Shown: positions 26,937-39,150 of the stretch, piece after piece | Position numbering within the stretch: position 1 is the first letter of the stretch | Layout of the letters: every line of letters begins with the position of its first letter | DNA from: Octopus vulgaris | Lineage: Eukaryota | Assembly: GCA_951406725.2 (NCBI GenBank) | Contig: OX597822.1 | Location: 75,144,001-75,208,000 of the forward strand | Reading direction: 5' to 3' | DNA: 64,000 nucleotides | Translations under genes and position numbers: made by a program | The notes under the pieces: generated by a model | The model's database searches: none | What the model saw: the letters and a program-made list of their open reading frames with translations, nothing else | Told to the model about the DNA's origin: nothing

Positions 26937-27337
26937 TATCATAAGTTGAAGACGGGAAGGATGACTTCCCTTTGCAAATACTGACAGGACACAGATAGTG
27001 TGTCTATGGCCAGCTGGAGGAGTGTGTCCTCCTGGGGCTAAAAACTGCAGTAGCATCCACCCTTAGGGGTTAGCCATATTGAAATGGCAAAAATACGTCA
27101 CGATGTGTTACCGCTACTGTATATAACTCACTTTGATATTTATCATTATATATATATATATATATGTGTATGTATATATATATATATATGTGTGTGTGTA
27201 TATATATATCTGTGTATAGTGAGGGTGCGTGGCTTAGTGGTTAGGGTATTCGGCTCATGATCGTAAGGTTGTGAGTTCGATTCCCGGTGACGCGTTGTGT
27301 CCTTGAGCAAGACACTTTATTTCATGATCGTAAGGTT

Positions 27338-28383
27338 GTGAAAGGCAGACTGTATGATGCGTGTGTACGAACAGCCATGCTACATGGCAGTGAAACATGG
27401 GCCGTGACTGCTGAGGATATGCGTAAGCTCGCTAGAAATGAAGCCAGTATGCTCCGATGGATGTGTAATGCCAGTACTCACACTCGGCAGAGTGTAAGTA
27501 CCTTGAGAGAAAAGCTGGACCTAAGAAGCGTCAGTTGTGGTGTGCAAGAGAGACGTTTGCGCTGGTATGGTCATGTGGCGAGAATGGATGAAGATAGTTG
27601 TGTGAAAAAGTGCCACACCCTAGCGGTTGAGGGAACCTGTGGAAGAGGCAGACCCAGGAAAACCTGGGACGAGGTGGTGAAGCACGACCTTCGAACTTTA
27701 GGTCTCACCGAGGAAATGACTAGAGACCGAGACCTCTGGAAGTGTGCTGTGCGCGAGAAGACCCGGCAGGACAAGTGAGTCCACAACCCGTGGCCTTCTA
27801 CATGGGATGGAGCCAGCCTACGTATGCATACCTTCCCTTCTTGGGACACAAAACTCTACTTGTGAAGACGTGTTGAGGCAAGTGAGGATCAGAATCGAAA
27901 TCGATCAATGGAAATTGCGGATGTGCTACCAGTGCCGGTGGCATGTCGAAACTCTGCTTGTGAAGACCCATTGAGGCAAGTGAGGATCAGAATCGAAATC
28001 GATCAATGGAAATCGATCAATGGAAATTGCAGATGTGTTACCAGTGCCGGTGGCATGTAAGAGAACCTTCCGTTTCGCGACCGTTGCCAGCACCGCCCCG
28101 TTTCGTGTTCGTTGCCAGCCTCGCCTGGCCCTCGTGCCGGTGGCACATAAAAAACACCATCCGTTCGTGGCCGTTTGCCAGCTCTGGCTGGCACCAGTGC
28201 GGGTGGCACGTAAAAAGCACCCACTACACTCACGGAGTGGTTGGCGTTAGGAAGGGCATCCAGCCGTAGAAACACTGCCAGATTTGACTGGGCCTGATGA
28301 AGCCTTCTGGCTTCACAGACCCCAGCAGAACCGTCCAACCCATGCTAGCATGGAAAACGGACGCTAAATGATGATGATGATGA
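27338..28383 (+). pseudogene. duplicated 3' part of the RTE LINE
   Basis: Identical peptide to the last ~146 aa of 19581-21473, plus the 3' UTR. Confidence 0.95.
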
Positions 28384-28538
28384 TATATACATATATATAC
28401 ATACATACATATATATACATATATATACATATATATACATATATATACATATATATATATATACATATATATACATATATATATATATATACATATATAT
28501 ACATATATATACATATATATACACATATATATATATAC

Positions 28539-28622
<84 letters not shown>

Positions 28623-28683
28623 ATATTTTTATATATGAGGATAATATCGATATTTAAGTATCCATATTATCAAGTGGCCAGGC

Positions 28684-28720
<37 letters not shown>

Positions 28721-29623
28721 CATATATATATACATATATATATTTATAAAAAATGAAGTTCGAAAATGCTGCTATATTATACAATTTTTATATATTATAT
28801 ATTATATATTATACAATTTTTATATATACATTATAACATGTTTCAGTTCCTGAAATGAACCTTATCAAAAAAAGTTATATATAACAAAAGACAGCTCATG
28901 CCGTCAAACACAAGAAATTCATTTACAATACACAACGGAGTCAGACATCTTAAAGTTCAAATATAGTTTGAAGTAAGTTCATTCATGCTATATGTTCAAA
29001 GTGTTCGATGCAGTGGCCCACGGTGGCGATACGTATTCAATACAAAAAACAGATCAAAGTGGTGGAAAGCAGTCAATACAGAAGATTGATGTTCCCGAAA
29101 GAGCGAGGAATTCATTTTTACCTTGAGCAATTGTGATGACCCATGGTGGATGTTCGCTGGGTGATTCTAGTGAGTCTTGTGAATTGTTCGGGTTTTATAA
29201 TGCCTGTTAGGTGGTCAGTCCAGTGTAGTGTGACGTCATCAACGTTTTGACCAATCGTTTCGTTAGGTGGCTTTAGTCAAGCAGAACGGTACGTCATCAA
29301 CATTCTGACCAATCGTGACCTATCGCTATATTATAACTGCCTCTTGTCTGTATCCTGTTTTGACCAGTCGTTTCGTTAGGTGGCTTAGTCAAGCAGGACG
29401 GTACGTCATCATGATTCTGACCAATCACGACTTATAGCTGTATTAGATCTGCCCCTTTTCGTTAGGTGGCTTAGTCAAGCAGAACGGGACTTCATCAGCA
29501 TTCTGACCAATCGTGACCTATCGCTGTATTATAACTGCCTCTTGTCTATACATATATATATATATACATATATATATATACATATATATACATATATATA
29601 TATATATACATATATATATATGT

Positions 29624-29725
<102 letters not shown>

Positions 29726-30006
29726 TTAATAAGGGTGAGAGAATTAGATACTAATTTAATAGTATACCTATTCAACACCGTTGAATAGGTATACTATTAA
29801 ATTAGTATCTAATTCTCTCACCCTTATCAATTAATTATAATTATGCTGCATTTATTTCTAAATGTAGTATCTGTTTCCGTGAAAGTTTGGCGCGCTGTTG
29901 GTAGGGGCATTTGAATTATAACGTCGGATGTAATCAATTGAACCACACGTGTATTTATCGTTATGGTAAAATCTGGCGTGTGATTGAGTGGATTTCATCC
30001 AGATAG

Positions 30007-30086
30007 TTTTGGCTGAGGAGCTACAAGTGAGTTATTGTGAGTAAAATTACATTTAATTCATTAATAGCGAAACAATTGTCCCAAAA
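30007..30086 (+). ncRNA. type I hammerhead ribozyme (family D, duplicate)
   Basis: Same sequence as 23704-23783. Confidence 0.85.
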
Positions 30087-30244
30087 TAATCTGTATTTTT
30101 GTTATTTTTTATTTGCCCAGTTCGTGTGAGCTAACAATCGTACTGACTTTCATGGGAAACATGTATTTTTGTGGTTGAAACCTATTGGATCTATTACTAG
30201 TGCTAGAGTGAGCCACATAGTGACCACTCTCTTATATTTATTTT

Positions 30245-30312
<68 letters not shown>

Positions 30313-30371
30313 CATATATATATATACATATATATATACACATATATATATATACATATATATATATACAC

Positions 30372-30446
<75 letters not shown>

Positions 30447-30628
30447 TCGCCATACTAATATGGCATTCTTATAAAATGGAAAGCGGACGTTAAACGATGA
30501 TGATGATGATGATGATGATATATATATATAGATATAGATATATATATATATATAGATATATGCATATATATCTATATATATATATATATATATATTTAGA
30601 TATAGATATAGATATATATATAGATATA

Positions 30629-30704
<76 letters not shown>

Positions 30705-30786
30705 GGTCCCGGGTTGAGTCGGGGTTAACCACAGTAAATAAGGTACTCAATACATAGCAGAGTAAAGTAATTTATTTTATAGAAGG

Positions 30787-30837
30787 AACTTCTACAGGAC
30801 TAGAACTGTTTCATTCAGATGAAATCTTCAGGAAGCT
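30787..30837 (-). ncRNA. type I hammerhead ribozyme (family C, duplicate)
   Basis: Same sequence as 24484-24534. Confidence 0.75.
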
Positions 30838-31291
30838 GGCTGTCAAAATAAGGTCTGGTATTTAAACATTTAGGCAGATTTAATGGGGTGGTGGTGGGGG
30901 ACGTTTTTCAGGTAAGTTGGTATTTAGGAGATAAACAGGGCACAAGCTATTGTTCTTAGGGGAGTGGTCAAAAGGCCAGAGAGTTTTTTGAAATGACAAG
31001 AATCAGTGAGAAAATAAATAAATGAATAAATAGAATAATTGAATAGAATCAGATATATGGGATGGGGTTTTAGGTAAATTAGAAGACAATTGCTTTTTGG
31101 TGGTCAAGAGGAGGTAGTCAGTTTGTTATTGTTAAGTGGAGGGAAGAAATAGATAAATATACATGAAAAAACATATAAAATAAATATACATACAAACACA
31201 CATACATACACATGCGAATATACATATATATACATACATACGCACATATATATACATACAAACATATACATACATATATACAAATATACAT

Positions 31292-31362
<71 letters not shown>

Positions 31363-31707
31363 CATATACATATACATATACATACATGCACCTACATACA
31401 CGCACACACATGCACATATATATATACATATATATATTGACCACCAAAAAGCAATTGTCTTCTAATTTACCTAAAACCCCATTCCATATATCTGATTCTA
31501 TTCAATTATTCTATTTATTCATTTATTTTATTTTCTCACTGATTCTTCTCATTTCAAAAAACTCTCTGGCCTTTTGACCACTCCCCTAAGAACAATAGCT
31601 TGTGTCCTGTTTATCTCCTAAATACCAACTTACCCAAAAAACGTCCTCCACCACCACCCCATTAAATCTGCCTAAATGTATAAATACCAGACCTTATTTT
31701 GACAGCC

Positions 31708-31758
31708 AGCTTCCTGAAGATTTCATCTGAATGAAACAGTTATAGTCCTGTAGAAGCT
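31708..31758 (+). ncRNA. type I hammerhead ribozyme (family C, duplicate)
   Basis: Same sequence as 25406-25456. Confidence 0.8.
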
Positions 31759-32284
31759 CCTTCTATAAAATAAAAAAAAAAAAAAAATATATATATATAT
31801 AGGGAGAGAGAGAGAGATAAATAGATAGATAGAGAGACAAACAGACACACAGATAGACAGACAGATATGTTCTTGTATTCTTTTACTTGTTTCAGCTATT
31901 TGACTACGGTCAAGCTGGAGCACTGTCTTTCGTCGAACAATTCGACCCGAGAACTTATTCTTTGTAAGCTTAGTGCTTATTCTATCAGTCTTTTTTACCA
32001 AACTGCTAGGTTACAGGGACGTAAACACACTAATATCGGTTGTCAAGCGATGGTGGGGGTACAAACACAAACACACAAATACACATACACACATATATAT
32101 ACGATGAGCTTCTTTGAGTTTCTGTCCACCAAATCGACTGGTCAGCTTGAGGCTATACTAGAAGACACTTGCCAAAGTTGCCAGTGTAGGAAGACTGTAC
32201 CTGGAACTCACATAGTTGGGAAGCAAGCTTCTTACCACCCAACCACTCCTGTGCCTCTCTCTCTCTAAATATATATATATAATC

Positions 32285-32344
<60 letters not shown>

Positions 32345-32348
<4 letters not shown>

Positions 32349-33453
32349 CGTATTTTTGCCATTTCAATATGGCTAACCCCTAAGGGTGGATGCTACTGTA
32401 GTTTTTAGCCCCAGGAGGACACACTCCTCCAGCTGGCCATAGACACACTATCTGTGTCCTGTCAGTATTTGCAAAGGGAAGTCATCCTTCCCGTCTTCAA
32501 CTTATGATACACACGGACTCGAGTTTCGAGGTATTGACCTCTCGTCAGCGTGTGACAATCATAGTTGTCGCCGAGAATTAGATTTCCTTCACAAATACTT
32601 ATACTTTTTCCAGCGTCCACTGTCGCTGATATTGAAAAAGTGAAATCAAACAATGATAAATATCAAAGTGAGTTATATACAGTAGCGGTAACACATCGTG
32701 ACGTATTTTTGCCATTTCAATATGGCTAACCCCTAAGGGTGGATGCTACTGTAGTTTTTAGCCCCAGGAGGACACACTCCTCCAGCTGGCCATAGACACA
32801 CTATCTGTGTCCTGTCAGTATTTGCAAAGGGAAGTCATCCTTCCCGTCTTCAACTTATGATACACACGGACTCGAGTTTCAAGGTATTGACCTCTCGTCA
32901 GCGTGTGACAATCATAGTTGTCGCCGAGAATTAGATTTCCTTCACAAATACTGTGTCTATGGCCAGCTGGAGGAGTGTGTCCTCCTGGGGCTAAAAACTA
33001 CAGTAGCATCCACCCTTAGGGGTTAGCCATATTGAAATGGCAAAAATACGTCACGATGTGTTACCGCTACAGTATATAACTCACTTTGATATTTATCATT
33101 GTTTGATTTCACTTTTTCAATATCAGCGACAGTGGACGCTGGAAAAAGTATAAGTATTTGTGAAGGAAATCTAATTCTCGGCGACAACTATGATTGTCAC
33201 ACGCTGACGAGAGGTCAATACCTCGAAACTCGAGTCCGTGTGTATCATAAGTTGAAGACGGGAAGGATGACTTCCCTTTGCAAATACTGACAGGACACAG
33301 ATAGTGTGTCTATGGCCAGCTGGAGGAGTGTGTCCTCCTGGGGCTAAAAACTGCAGTAGCATCCACCCTTAGGGGTTAGCCATATTGAAATGGCAAAAAT
33401 ACGTCACGATGTGTTACCGCTACTGTATATAACTCACTTTGATATTTATCATT
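32345..33453. mobile_element. family B inverted hammerhead array (duplicate)
   Basis: Hammerheads at 32510-32554 (-), 32863-32907 (-) and 33198-33242 (+). Confidence 0.92.
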
Positions 33454-33526
33454 ATATATATATATATATATGTGTATGTATATATATATATATATGTGTG
33501 TGTGTATATATATATCTGTGTATAGT

Positions 33527-33850
33527 GAGGGTGCGTGGCTTAGTGGTTAGGGTATTCGGCTCATGATCGTAAGGTTGTGAGTTCGATTCCCGGTGACGCG
33601 TTGTGTCCTTGAGCAAGACACTTTATTTCACGTTGCTCCAGTCCACTCAGCTGGCAAAAATGAGTTGTACTTGTATTTCAAAGGGTCAGCCTTGTCACTC
33701 TCTGTGTCATGCTGATTATCCCCGAGAACTACGTTAAGGGTACACGTGTCTGTGGAATGCTCAGCCATTTGCACGTTAATTTCACGAGCAAGCTGTTCCG
33801 TTGATCGTATCAGCTGGGACCCTCGTCATCGTAACCGGCGGAGTCTTTTA
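33527..33850 (+). mobile_element. tRNA-derived SINE (S3-related), full copy; truncated duplicate at 27221-27324
   Basis: A-box TGGCTTAGTGG, B-box GAGTTCGATTCC, TGTGTCCTTGAGCAAGACACTT...CCACTCAGCTG. Confidence 0.88.
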
Positions 33851-33946
33851 ATCTGTGTGTATATATATATATATATATACACACACATATATACATACAC
33901 ACACATATATATATCAATGTATATATTATATATATATTTACATATA

Positions 33947-34357
33947 GGCGTAGGAGTGGCTGTGTGGTAAGTAGCTTGGTTATGAACCACATGGTTCTGG
34001 GTTCAGTCCGACTGTGTGGCACCTTGGGCAAGTGTCTTCTACAATAGCCTCGGGTCAACCAAAACCTTGTGAGTAGATTTGGTAGACGGGAATGAAAGAA
34101 GCCCATTATATATATGTATATATATATATGTGTGTATGTGTATGTTTGTGTGTCCATGTTTGTCCCCGCCAACATCGTTTGACAACCGATGCTGGTGTGG
34201 TTACATCCCTGTAACTTAGTGGTCCGGCAAAAGAGACTGATAGAATAAGTACTAGGCTTACAAAGAATAAGTCCTGGGGTCGATTTGCTTGACTAAAGGC
34301 GGTGCTCCAGCATGGCCACAGTCAAATGACTGAAACAAGTAAAAGAGTAAAAAGAGT
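33947..34357 (+). mobile_element. SINE family S1, full copy
   Basis: Alignable to the other S1 copies. Confidence 0.9.
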
Positions 34358-34861
34358 GTATATATTTACACACACACACATATATATATATATATATTTA
34401 CATATATATATATACATATATATACATACACACACATATACATAAAGAAGTAGATGTAGTGACTGCTAAACATCGACAGAATCGTGGAAAGAGGGCGACG
34501 CAGGAAGATGTGGGAAGTAGTGAAGTTTGACCTCTAGATGTTAAGCCTCATGATGAAGCTGACAAAGGACCATAATGAATGGCAATGTGTTGTGCTTCAG
34601 AAGACTCGTCCATCGCAGTAAAACCTGAGGCCCTGCCAATCGTTCCCTTCAAAGTCTCATCTCCTTCACTACTGTAAATGGTACCAGTTATACCTTTTAC
34701 ACTTCACACTGTATCCTATTTACGGTCTTTTATTACCTCCTCCTCCTCCTTTCTCTTTCTGACTCCTCCTCCTTTCTCTCCCTGACTCTTCCTCCTTCTT
34801 GACTCTGATTTCCTTCACTCATCCCTCACCCCCACCCCCACCACTGTCACAGATGGAGAGT

Positions 34862-35212
34862 AGGATGTTGAAGAGGATGATGAAAATAACGACAATGATG
34901 ATGATGGTGATAGCAATGATGATGACGATGAGGATGATAATGATGATGATGATGACAGTGATGATGATGGCAATCATGATGACATTGGTAATGATGGTGA
35001 TAACAATGACGATGATGATGATGACAACGGTCGTGATGCTGATAATGGAAATGATAATGATGCTGATGCTGATGACGATGATAATTATTATGATGATGAT
35101 AGCAACAATGATGATGATGATAATGATAAAGGCAGTGACAAAGCTGATGATGATGATGATGATGAAGATGACGATGATGACAACGATGATAATGATGGTG
35201 TTGATGTTGATA
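34862..35212. repeat. degenerate (GAT)n tract
   Basis: Direct reading; source of the poly-Met/poly-His ORFs. Confidence 0.92.
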
Positions 35213-35459
35213 TTTGAGTCTCCTATTCCTTAACTGACAAATCACAAAACATTGAAACAATGCTACAATTTTTCTTTCTCATTCAGTTTTTATGGAGACA
35301 TTTTTGTTTTCATTTCATTATGCACGTTCATCATTTTTTATTTTACACAAAAACTCATTAATTTCACCAGTTTAATGTGATTGAAAGTTACCAGTCAGGC
35401 AATGCTTGCTTGCTGCCCGGCCAGTGCAGCAATGATCAGAATGGTATACATACCTATTT

Positions 35460-35686
35460 CTTTATTACCCACAAGGGGCTAAACACAGAGGGGACAAACA
35501 AGGACAGACATAGGTATTAAGTCGATTACATCGACCCCAGTGCGTAACTGTTACTTAATTTATTGACCCCGAAAGGATGAAAGGCAAAGTCGACCTCGGC
35601 AGAATTTGAACTCACAACGTAACGCAGACACAATACCGCTAAGCATTTTGCCCGGCGTGCTAACGTTTCTGCCAGCTCAACGCCTT
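35460..35686 (-). mobile_element. SINE family S2
   Basis: Head GGCGTTGAGCTGGCAGAAACGTTAG, B-box GAGTTCAAATTC and the S2 central domain. Confidence 0.88.
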
Positions 35687-35936
35687 ACATACCATGTGAA
35701 AACACGTGGCTTAGTGGTAAGGGTGTTGGACTCACGATTGTAAGATTGTGGTTTCGATTCTTGGACTCGGTGATGCATTGTGAGTGAAGGTAAAGCATGT
35801 GCACACCATCCACCAGATGAAAGTGAAACATCTGGTATTTTAAGCTTTTTGAAAATGGGGAGGTGATGGGTGGATGATGTGGGCAAAGGGAATTTGAGTG
35901 TTTCTTTAAGAAAAATTAAAATTAAAAAAAAAAAAT

Positions 35937-36121
35937 AGGTGCAGGAGCTGCTGTGTGGTAAGTAGTTTGCTTACCAACCACATGATTCCAGGTTCAGTCC
36001 CACTTCGTGTCACTTTGGGCAAGTGTCTTCTACTATAGCCTCGGGGCGACCAAAGCCTTGTGAATGGATTTGATAGACGGAAACTGAAAGAAGCCCGTCG
36101 TATATATGTATATATATGTGT

Positions 36122-36172
<51 letters not shown>

Positions 36173-36372
36173 AGCATCTGTGTTTGTTCCCCCCAACATC
36201 GCTTGACAACCGATGCTGGTATGTTTACGTCCCCGTAACTTAGCGGTTTGGCAAAAGCAACCGATAGAATAAGTGCTGCCCTGGGGTCAATTTGCTTGAC
36301 TAAAAAGGTGGTGCTCCAGCATGGCCACAGTCAAATGACTGAAACAAGTAAAACAGTAGAAAGAGTAAAGAG
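35937..36372 (+). mobile_element. SINE family S1, full copy
   Basis: Alignable to the other S1 copies. Confidence 0.9.
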
Positions 36373-37148
36373 AGATTTGTAATCTCTGTATTTTTATGTG
36401 TCAATTAAAAAAGAGAATTTGAGAAAAAAGTTTAAAATTACGAAATTGTTGAGGAGGGTGGAATTAAAATTTGAAAACATAATTTTTGGGCAAAATCATA
36501 TTCTCCTTTATCAAAGACATAGAAATCTACAAAAATTTTGGAAAAAAGTTTTTAAATCATTGGAAATGGTTGGTGTGCATGCACTTTACTTTTGCCATGT
36601 TATATTCTTGAGCAAGACAATTCATTTCATATCGCTCCAGTCCACTTAGCTATCAAAAATGTGTGACCCTGTGATGGACTGGCATCCCATCCAGGAGGGG
36701 AATATACATTCCTTGGAAACCAGGAGACTGGCCCTTATGGGTTGGCATGATTCGAGAAGGTAGCCTTTACCTTTCCCTTTTATACATACCGTGGTGATGG
36801 TGCTGTTTTTGTAACCAAAACAGAAGATTCTTCAAAATAGAATTGTTCTTTTTAAGTTGCAAAAATTTTTTAACTCCAGCTGGGGCAGATCTCTTTTATA
36901 GTGGCAGCTGACTTGGGATTGTGCAGCATGGCCTAATTCCTCCTTGTTGCCATTGTCAATGTCTTTGTCGTCTTTGTCGTCGTCATCTTTGTCATCGTCA
37001 TTGTCGTCATCATCATCATCATCATCATCAGAGCTGTGGCCATGCTGGGGGCACTGCCATTGATATAAATTTTCTTGCTTGAGCACAAAAGTCAGAAATT
37101 CATTTAGTTGAATCAATTACATGATAATATATAAACTTCTCCAACTGG

Positions 37149-37299
37149 TTTACATTATTTACTTTTGGCAGATATTTGTCCTCAACATTTTGCCTGATAT
37201 ACCCTCCAGCCTTCATCAGGTGTCTTGGGGAAATTTCGAACCTGGGTTCTCATTCCTAAGGTATTTTTTGATGTTATTATTGTTCTTCTTCTTCTTCTT

Positions 37300-37384
<85 letters not shown>

Positions 37385-37498
37385 TCACTGCCTGGAATGG
37401 TAGTCATTAAGAGCACCAGCTACTAACCCCAAGATTCTGAGTTCGATTCCAGGTAGTGACCTGAATGATGATGATGATGGTGGTGGTGGTGGTGGTGG

Positions 37499-37534
<36 letters not shown>

Positions 37535-37719
37535 CATTGAAAAATACCTCAGTAATGAGAAACCTGGTTCAAAATTTCCCCAAGATGCTTGATGAAGGCT
37601 GGAGGGTATATCAGTCGAGACGTTGTATTGACAACAAACTAGATGAGGACAATTATCCGTCAATTACAGATAATGTAAATAATGTACATAATTCCTAATA
37701 TCTTAAATATAGAACTGTA
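37149..37719. mobile_element. family A tRNA-hammerhead inverted pair (older, cores mutated)
   Basis: Same architecture as 11429-11990, inversion point ~37398. The plus core reads TTGATGA...GAGAC. Confidence 0.85.
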
Positions 37720-39150
37720 TTCTCCAACTAGGGTAATCATATTTTCCCTACTGCAAGACACCTGTACCTGTCCCTCTATCATCTTTTATCTCTCATCATG
37801 TGGCATAAAGCAGTACTATTCAAAGTGGTGGTCAATGGATCGGTGTCGGTCTACGAGCCATCAGCTGCCGGTTATGCAGTGCGTTTCCAGAAAAGAAACA
37901 AACATTATAAAATGCTTATAAAATGCTTATGTAATAATGTATTATTTGTTTACAAAATGAATATAAGATAAAAAAAAAAGTCAACTTTTATTACATTCAT
38001 TATATATATCTCACCTTTATTATATTCATTATATATATATCTCACCTACATGAAAACTGAAGGACACAGAACGCTTGTGTTGCGTAGCCAACTAGAAATG
38101 GTGTTTCTTGGGGCTAAATAACAGTAATATTCTTCCCTTTCCTGGGACTGCCACATTAAGTTGGCAACAAGCCATCACATTATATGTATCAGTTCCGGTA
38201 TAAATTAATATTACTAAGAAATATTACCAGTCCCTGGCACATTGGAAAAAAACTGCAGGTATGTCACATCAGATAGTTTGAAAAGCACTGGCCTAAGGTA
38301 CTTCCTTCAGTATTATGCACTCATTAGTTGAGATGGCTTGTCTTGTGAGTTTCCTTGTAACCTCACTGGTACTGGTGCCATGTAAAAAGCACCCTACATA
38401 CTCAGTAAATTGGTTGGCCTTTGGAAGGGAATACAGCCATAGAAATTGTGTCAAAGCAGAAAATTTGGGGGATGGGGCCAGTCAATTAGATCGACCCCTG
38501 TACACACCTGGTACTTAATTTATCGACCCTGAAGGGATGAAAGGCAAAGTTGAACTCGGTGGAATTTTTAACTATGAACCTAAGGACAGACGAAACATCA
38601 CTAAGCATTTCGACTGGCATGCTAACATTTCTGCCAGCTCACCACCTTTGATGTATATAGATATTATAAAGCATTTTGTTTGATAGTTAAACTTTTCTGC
38701 TACTTCATTGCTTCAATGTTTCTTACAATATTGATCACTTAGCTGAGAAACATTAGATACTACCAACTATCTTACATCAACTCTTGTATTCATAAGAAGC
38801 TGGCAACTGATTGGCCCAGTCAGTTGCCACTCACTATTAAATGTCTGATGAATATATTTTAATGAGACTCATAAATCAGAAATGCTTCAGAAATTATTTA
38901 TCTAACAACACTAGTTTGTTGTAGACATTGCGTTAATATATTTAACACCCATTATAACACAAATAAACGAGATAGAAAATCTTTCTTTTTTATGAGATCC
39001 ATAATGGATAATTTTGGGTAGTAAATTAGTCGACTTGTTTAGAGTAGGAGATAAAATGCATTGGAGTTATTGTCAAAGCTCTTCACTTTCTGAGTTCAAT
39101 CTCATTTGTTATACTTGTGGGGCTGATAAAACATGCTACAGTCAAATACT

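Larger units (their letters stand above)
26041..27147. mobile_element. 353-bp tandem hammerhead unit (retrozyme/pLTR-like, family B) as an inverted array
   Basis: Minus arm 26041-26647 (~1.7 units, period 353) joins plus arm 26648-27147 (~1.4 units). Three hammerheads, (TA)n on both sides. Confidence 0.92.

Noticed and set aside
27287-27778. 163-aa ORF as an independent gene
   Set aside because: It is a chimera of SINE sequence and the duplicated RTE C-terminus, created at the duplication junction.
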